From a virus: 42,733 bases of DNA. The notes below the pieces were generated by a model. It had not been told where the DNA came from, ran no database searches, and worked only from the letters and a program-made list of their open reading frames with translations. Of this stretch, positions 39,114 through 42,733 are shown piece by piece; position 1 is the stretch's first letter; each line of letters starts with the position of its first letter. The translations under genes and the position numbers were made by a program. The DNA is taken from IMG/VR virus record IMGVR_UViG_3300050335_000080. The stretch is one strand, 5' to 3'.

Positions 39114-39321
39114 ACTGGAGACGTGCAAGCCCGTTGGGCTCGAACAATTCCGACGCCGGAATTTCGAAGGCTTGTTCCAGGATTCTTTTGTGCTTTTCGC
39201 CCGCCACAAGCCTTCTTCTTTCCAGAGCGCAGAGTGTAGGAGAGCTCATGTTTATTTTTTTCGCCATTTCTACCTGGTTTAGCCCCCTACGCATTCTTTC
39301 TATTCTCAGCCTCGTCTTCAT
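39112..39321 (-). CDS. Small XRE/Cro-like HTH protein (69 aa)
   Basis: RIERMRRGLNQVEMAKKINMSSPTLCALERRRL is an XRE-type HTH. It is preceded by an A7G7 tract. It lies between the two 137-bp repeats. Confidence 0.7.
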   Translation of the reverse strand: MKTRLRIERMRRGLNQVEMAKKINMSSPTLCALERRRLVAGEKHKRILEQAFEIPASELFEPNGLARLQ

Positions 39322-39326
39322 TTGTA

Positions 39327-39463
39327 CCCCCCCTTTTTTTCCTACGCCGCCATCACCAGAACGCCGACCAGGAACCCCATCACGAACGTGATGCCCGAAA
39401 TGAAAAACATCGCCCCTTCCGTGAACCTCATGCCCCCGCCTCCTCCCCGAACAGCTGCCCCTG
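39327..39463. repeat. 137-bp direct repeat, copy 2
   Basis: See copy 1. This copy contains the 3' end of ORF 39428..39652 and the second hydrophobic-peptide ORF. Confidence 0.9.
39342..39431 (-). CDS. 29-aa hydrophobic peptide, copy 2 (peptide identical to copy 1)
   Basis: ATGA overlap with the stop of ORF 39428..39652. The GGGGAGGAGG RBS lies inside the upstream gene. The single DNA mismatch between copies is synonymous. Confidence 0.45.
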   Translation of the reverse strand: MRFTEGAMFFISGITFVMGFLVGVLVMAA

Positions 39464-39652
39464 ACCCTGGGCGTCCTGGATGTCCGTCATCAGCCGACGG
39501 TATTCGATGGCCTTTTCGTCGTACTCCGCCTGGCGCTTCTCCCGCAGGGGGGCATGCTCCGGCAGGTCGTCGATGTCCCTCTCGAGCATGTTCAGCTTCC
39601 GCAGCAGCTCGTTCGCCCTCTGGTAGATCTCCGGTTCAATCGTCCTGGTCAT
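39428..39652 (-). CDS. Hypothetical 74-aa helical protein
   Basis: AAGGAG lies 7 nt upstream of the ATG at 39652. The sequence is MTRTIEPEIYQRANELLRKLNMLERDIDDLPEH..., with coiled-coil-like composition. Confidence 0.6.
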   Translation of the reverse strand: MTRTIEPEIYQRANELLRKLNMLERDIDDLPEHAPLREKRQAEYDEKAIEYRRLMTDIQDAQGQGQLFGEEAGA

Positions 39653-39773
39653 TTTCCGTCTCCTTCCGCCGCAGCCGGCCCTGATTGTCGAAGTACACCA
39701 TTTCGCCCCGTTCAAAATAAACGAAAAGAAATCCCCGCTCCGAACAATAACGAATCGCCTCTTCCCGTCCCAT
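39630..39773 (-). CDS. Possible 47-aa protein (MGREEAIRYCSERGFLFVYFERGEMVYFDNQGRLRRKETENDQDD)
   Basis: I translated this myself, and it is not in the ORF track. GGAGG lies 6 nt upstream of the ATG at 39773. It competes with the GTG-started extension of ORF 39428..39778. Confidence 0.35.
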
Positions 39774-39785
39774 GGCACCCCTCCA

Positions 39786-40062
39786 GGTGGTCAGATGGTC
39801 AGCAGGTGGTCAGCGAGACGGTCAGCCATTCAACCACTTGCAACTACTGAAGAAAAAGCCTTCGGCTGACCATCTGACCACCAAAACAACAAAAACTAAA
39901 TGAGACCCTAAAAAATAGATTTATATATAGATATGCGCCACGAAAAGTTTTCGGCAAAAACACGGTCAGACGGTCAGCCACGCCCCATGAAGCCGGTTCA
40001 TCACCGGCTTTTTCTGGCTGACCATCTAGCTGACCACCTATTTTGAGACGGTCAGTGGTCAG
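39786..40062. other. Putative origin of replication: 12 GGTCAG/CTGACC iterons flanking an AT-rich unwinding element
   Basis: GGTCAG occurs at 39789, 39797, 39808, 39820, 39964, 39972, 40050 and 40057. CTGACC occurs at 39866, 39874, 40018 and 40030. GGTGGTCAGATGGTCAG (39786-39802) is the exact reverse complement of 39866-39882. The AT-rich stretch at 39880-39940 includes tttatatatagatat. Confidence 0.65.
39990..40013 (+). terminator. Plus-strand terminator-like hairpin inside the origin region
   Basis: Stem aagccggt (39990-39997) and accggctt (40003-40010) with loop tcatc, followed by a T run ending at 40013. Confidence 0.45.
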
Positions 40063-42251
40063 CGGTATCCGAACAGACCCCCCTCTTCCCGTGGGTTCTT
40101 GGGGACCAAATAGCACTTCGCCCCCGCCTTTCCCCTGCGGATGGGGTTCCTGCCCGTGAGCCGCCGCAGCACCTGGGCGGCCACGTCCACCTGCTGCTTG
40201 TTCGGGTGATCCATGCCCTTGCATTTCTGAAGCACCTCCGTCGCTGTCAGCCATTCCGTCCGGCCGTCCCGGACGTCCTCCTCATACTGGTCCCACTCGT
40301 ACAGCCTGCTGATCAGGTCCTCCACCGGATCGCTCTTCTGGTAGTTCAGGTTCAGCTCCTCGAGACGGATCGTCTCGGGCCTGTCCAGCCAGTACCGCTC
40401 GCCCGCCAGAGCCCACGTCCTCACCTCGGCCCAGAGCTGCTGCATGTCGAGCCCATGCTGGAAGTCGCACTCCAGGACGGGGATCGTCCACCATCGGGTG
40501 TTCCCCGTCAGGTCGCCCTGGAAGAAGCCCGGGTTCACGCTGGCGCAGTAGACGGTCCTCCGCTTGTACGTGGCGGGCTTCGGGGCGTAGGGCAGCCGCA
40601 GGGTGTCGTCGCCCTGGGTGATGAACTGCTTCAGCCGGGAAATGTCCTGCGCCTTGAACGTGGCGTCCAATTCGCCCAACTCCACGATCCAGTGGGATAT
40701 AGCCTTGATGACCGAATCCTTGTCCTGGGTGTCCAGGGTAAGACCGCCCAGGAACCAGTCCGACGTCTCCGGGCACAGGCTCCGCAGCCAGAGACTTTTC
40801 CCGATGGCCTGCGCCCCCTGGAGCACCAGCACCCCGCGGAACTGCAGATTCTCTTCATCCGCTGCGAAAGCTGCCACAACGCAGGAAATCAGCCAGCGCT
40901 TCAGCAGCAGGCGGGCGAAGGCCTCGTCATAGTCCGGCGAGACCGTCAGGGACCGGCACAGGTCGCCGAACCGCGAGACGCCGTCCCACGGTTTCGAGCT
41001 GATCCACTCCCGCACCGGATTGCGCCTGGCCCCGTCCTGGATCTCGAACAGGTACAGGTCCAGCAGCTGCCGGCCCAGGGGGAAGCCGTTCCGGTAGCAT
41101 TCGGATAAAAGGTAGGAAAGAAAACTGTTGTCCCGGTTATCCGGCGCGAAGGTCACGCCGGGGATCTCGTACCGGGGGGATTTTTTCACCATGTCGTAGT
41201 AAATCTTGCAGCCCAGGTGCCGGAGGAGAATGCGCACGTTCCCCGCGGTCTTCAGGGGATTGCCCTTCAGGTCGAAATCCGCCCAGGGCACGTACCGGCC
41301 CCGGCGGTCAAGGTCCTTGTGCCAGGCGTCGAGTTGCGTGCCGATCTCCTCCGCCGTCCGCTCGATGCCGTGCAGGGCGGCGTAGTCGTTCCAGTCCGTC
41401 CCCGTCTCCGCCTCCGCAAAGGGCGGCACTACGAAGGGGATCTCCATTTCCTCGGACAGGGCGCTTGCCGCCGCCACGCCGGGGTTGCCCTTGGTCCGAT
41501 GGTCGTTGTCCGCCGCAGTCACCAGGCGGCCGCCGTATTTCGACGCCAGGGACTCCGCCACCGGGCGGAGGTTCCCGCAGTCGAACGCCACGATCACCGT
41601 GTTCCCTGTGGCTTCGTGCACCGTCAGGCCCGTGGCCAGCCCCTCAGCCAGGAACACCGCCTCACCGTCGCCGGGAATCTCGAAGCAGCACGCCATTTTC
41701 CGCCCGGGAAGGAACCTCTTCTCCCCCGAAGGGGAAATGCTCTGGCGATTCCACACCTGCCCGGAGGCGTCCCGCAGGGGAACAACCAGGTCCTGTCCGA
41801 TCTGCCCTATCCCGTCCGGGAGTGGGTGGCCGCCCAGCCCCTTCCGCACCAGGTACGGGTGATCCAGCCGGGCGGGAGTGGCGGCTGAGAGAACCTTCTC
41901 CGCCGACTTCGCCGTGAACTCCTTTTTCTTGCGCTCTTCCTCCCGGCGGGCCTCCGCCTGCCGGGCCCGCTCCGCGAAGTACTCCTCGTTGAAGTCGGGA
42001 GCGGTGCCCTTCCCCGCCGACCACGTGGCGTACTCCACACCGTGCTTGGCCGAATAGCTCTTGCACCAGCCCGCCGGATGCTCGTCGGCGTACAGGCAGT
42101 ACTCGCCGTTCCGCTCCCGGGGCTTGTCCCCCAAAATGCGGAAGCGCCGCTTCCGCCCGTCGCCGATAATGTCGCCGTCAACGGCGGGCGGAATGCCCAG
42201 GGATTCGAGATATAGGATAAACTCCCGTTCTGCGTCTATCGATGAGCCCAT
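40059..42251 (-). CDS. Replication protein: Toprim-type primase fused to a VirE/D5-like P-loop NTPase
   Basis: Toprim landmarks are AVFLAEGLATGLTVHEATG (Glu) and LVTAADNDHRTKGNPG (DxD). The C-terminal half has VLVLQGAQAIGKS (Walker A) and the overall look of virulence-associated protein E. It lies next to the iteron array. Confidence 0.8.
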   Translation of the reverse strand: MGSSIDAEREFILYLESLGIPPAVDGDIIGDGRKRRFRILGDKPRERNGEYCLYADEHPAGWCKSYSAKHGVEYATWSAGKGTAPDFNEEYFAERARQAEARREEERKKKEFTAKSAEKVLSAATPARLDHPYLVRKGLGGHPLPDGIGQIGQDLVVPLRDASGQVWNRQSISPSGEKRFLPGRKMACCFEIPGDGEAVFLAEGLATGLTVHEATGNTVIVAFDCGNLRPVAESLASKYGGRLVTAADNDHRTKGNPGVAAASALSEEMEIPFVVPPFAEAETGTDWNDYAALHGIERTAEEIGTQLDAWHKDLDRRGRYVPWADFDLKGNPLKTAGNVRILLRHLGCKIYYDMVKKSPRYEIPGVTFAPDNRDNSFLSYLLSECYRNGFPLGRQLLDLYLFEIQDGARRNPVREWISSKPWDGVSRFGDLCRSLTVSPDYDEAFARLLLKRWLISCVVAAFAADEENLQFRGVLVLQGAQAIGKSLWLRSLCPETSDWFLGGLTLDTQDKDSVIKAISHWIVELGELDATFKAQDISRLKQFITQGDDTLRLPYAPKPATYKRRTVYCASVNPGFFQGDLTGNTRWWTIPVLECDFQHGLDMQQLWAEVRTWALAGERYWLDRPETIRLEELNLNYQKSDPVEDLISRLYEWDQYEEDVRDGRTEWLTATEVLQKCKGMDHPNKQQVDVAAQVLRRLTGRNPIRRGKAGAKCYLVPKNPREEGGLFGYR

Positions 42252-42314
42252 AGCGGCCCCCTGTGTGATAAAATAAGGGCAAGGTGTTCCAGCACCTCGC
42301 CCGTTTCACGCAAG

Positions 42315-42338
42315 GCCCCTCTCCTCGAGGAGAGGGGC
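42315..42338 (-). other. Perfect 24-bp palindrome (hairpin) between the Cys-rich ORF and the primase gene
   Basis: gcccctctcctcgaggagaggggc is perfectly self-complementary. No U-tract follows on either strand, so its function (attenuator, RNA stability or binding site) is unknown. Confidence 0.4.
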
Positions 42339-42535
42339 TATTCATTTTCCTGAAGCCACTCCGAAACCAGCGGATTTCGGCACTGCCGGTACGACCCTGT
42401 GGACAGGTATTTACACGTGGTCCCCTGGGCCTTGAAAAACTGGCAGCCACCCATCATCTGCTCCGTCGTGAAAGCCTTGCAGATGAACCTTCCCTTGATC
42501 TCCCGTGCCGCACACTTCCCGCTCACTGCTATCAC
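42338..42535 (-). CDS. Small Cys-rich protein (zinc-ribbon-like), start uncertain
   Basis: GTG at 42535 after GAGAGGAGGGGGAG. The sequence is VIAVSGKCAAREIKGRFICKAFTTEQMMGGCQFFKAQGTTCKYLSTGSYRQCRNPL, with five Cys. Confidence 0.45.
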   Translation of the reverse strand: MIAVSGKCAAREIKGRFICKAFTTEQMMGGCQFFKAQGTTCKYLSTGSYRQCRNPLVSEWLQENE

Positions 42536-42618
42536 CGGCTCCCCCTCCTCTCGAACCGTCCCGCCAGGTACCCCGCTGTCAGAACGCCGATACCAGCGAA
42601 AAAACACCCCCAGACCAT
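42532..42618 (-). CDS. Possible 28-aa hydrophobic peptide (MVWGCFFAGIGVLTAGYLAGRFERRGSR)
   Basis: Its stop overlaps the GTG of the next ORF (GTGA). The RBS is weak (GCAGGA). Its 5' end lies inside the terminal overlap. Confidence 0.25.
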   Translation of the reverse strand: MVWGCFFAGIGVLTAGYLAGRFERRGSR

Positions 42619-42733
42619 AAGGCAGTCCTGCACCGAAACCACTACACTCCCTCCTTCCCGACAATCGCCTCCCGCAGCTGATACCGGGTGAAACTCTCCC
42701 GCCAGCCGCCTGTTGAAGAATGGAACAACCACA
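42607..42733. repeat. Terminal overlap, second copy (identical to 1-127)
   Basis: See the feature at 1-127. Confidence 0.9.

Noticed and set aside
39786-40062. A CRISPR-like array, suggested by the many short repeats.
   Set aside because: The repeats are 6-mers in both orientations with 1-6 nt gaps between doublet members. There are no spacers of 25-40 nt and no cas genes. The pattern fits iterons.
39844-40254. The 136-aa minus-strand ORF spanning the origin region.
   Set aside because: It overlaps the 3' end of the primase gene in another frame and runs through the iteron and AT-rich elements. Its composition is Gly/Arg/Pro-rich and it has no RBS.

Overview
The window looks like a complete, circularly assembled temperate phage genome. 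Bases 1-127 are repeated exactly at 42607-42733, so the unique length is 42,606 bp. Sampled lines give about 62% GC for the backbone, with clearly lower-GC islands. Nearly all genes are on the minus strand.

Modules, by coordinate:
- (a) 36-5300: lysogeny and immunity. This holds an HTH protein, an AlpA-like protein, and two divergent XRE regulators around a consensus sigma70 promoter. A plus-strand, repressor-linked operon carries a 4-TM protein and a TM/coiled-coil/HNH/WYL-like protein. A P4-type tyrosine integrase and a probable attP region follow.
- (b) 5321-7036: lysis cassette, with an M15 peptidase endolysin and five small membrane or coiled-coil proteins.
- (c) 7042-12138: host-recognition genes. 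These are a protein with three tandem repeats, an FGE/C-type-lectin-like receptor-binding candidate, and a pectate-lyase-type tailspike with a sharp internal GC break.
- (d) 12182-36315: a virion module syntenic with T7. The order is terS, terL, portal, scaffold, capsid, decoration, tubular A and B, then gp13-, gp14- and gp15-like proteins. The gp16 slot is filled by a single 3,495-aa polyvalent protein carrying ParB-like, RelA/SpoT-like, ART-like and zincin modules. terL is interrupted in its P-loop by an intein with class-3 (WCT) hallmarks and a LAGLIDADG endonuclease.
- (e) 36557-42535: early and replication genes. These include an ArpU/RinA-like regulator, dUTPase, a DUF3310-like protein, small ORFs, a Toprim primase fused to a VirE-type NTPase, and an iteron-rich origin.

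I found no tRNA, rRNA, CRISPR array, reverse transcriptase, or phage RNA or DNA polymerase. All domain calls come from reading motifs in the supplied translations, and no database search was possible. Long plus-strand ORFs inside the high-GC region are treated as antisense shadows.
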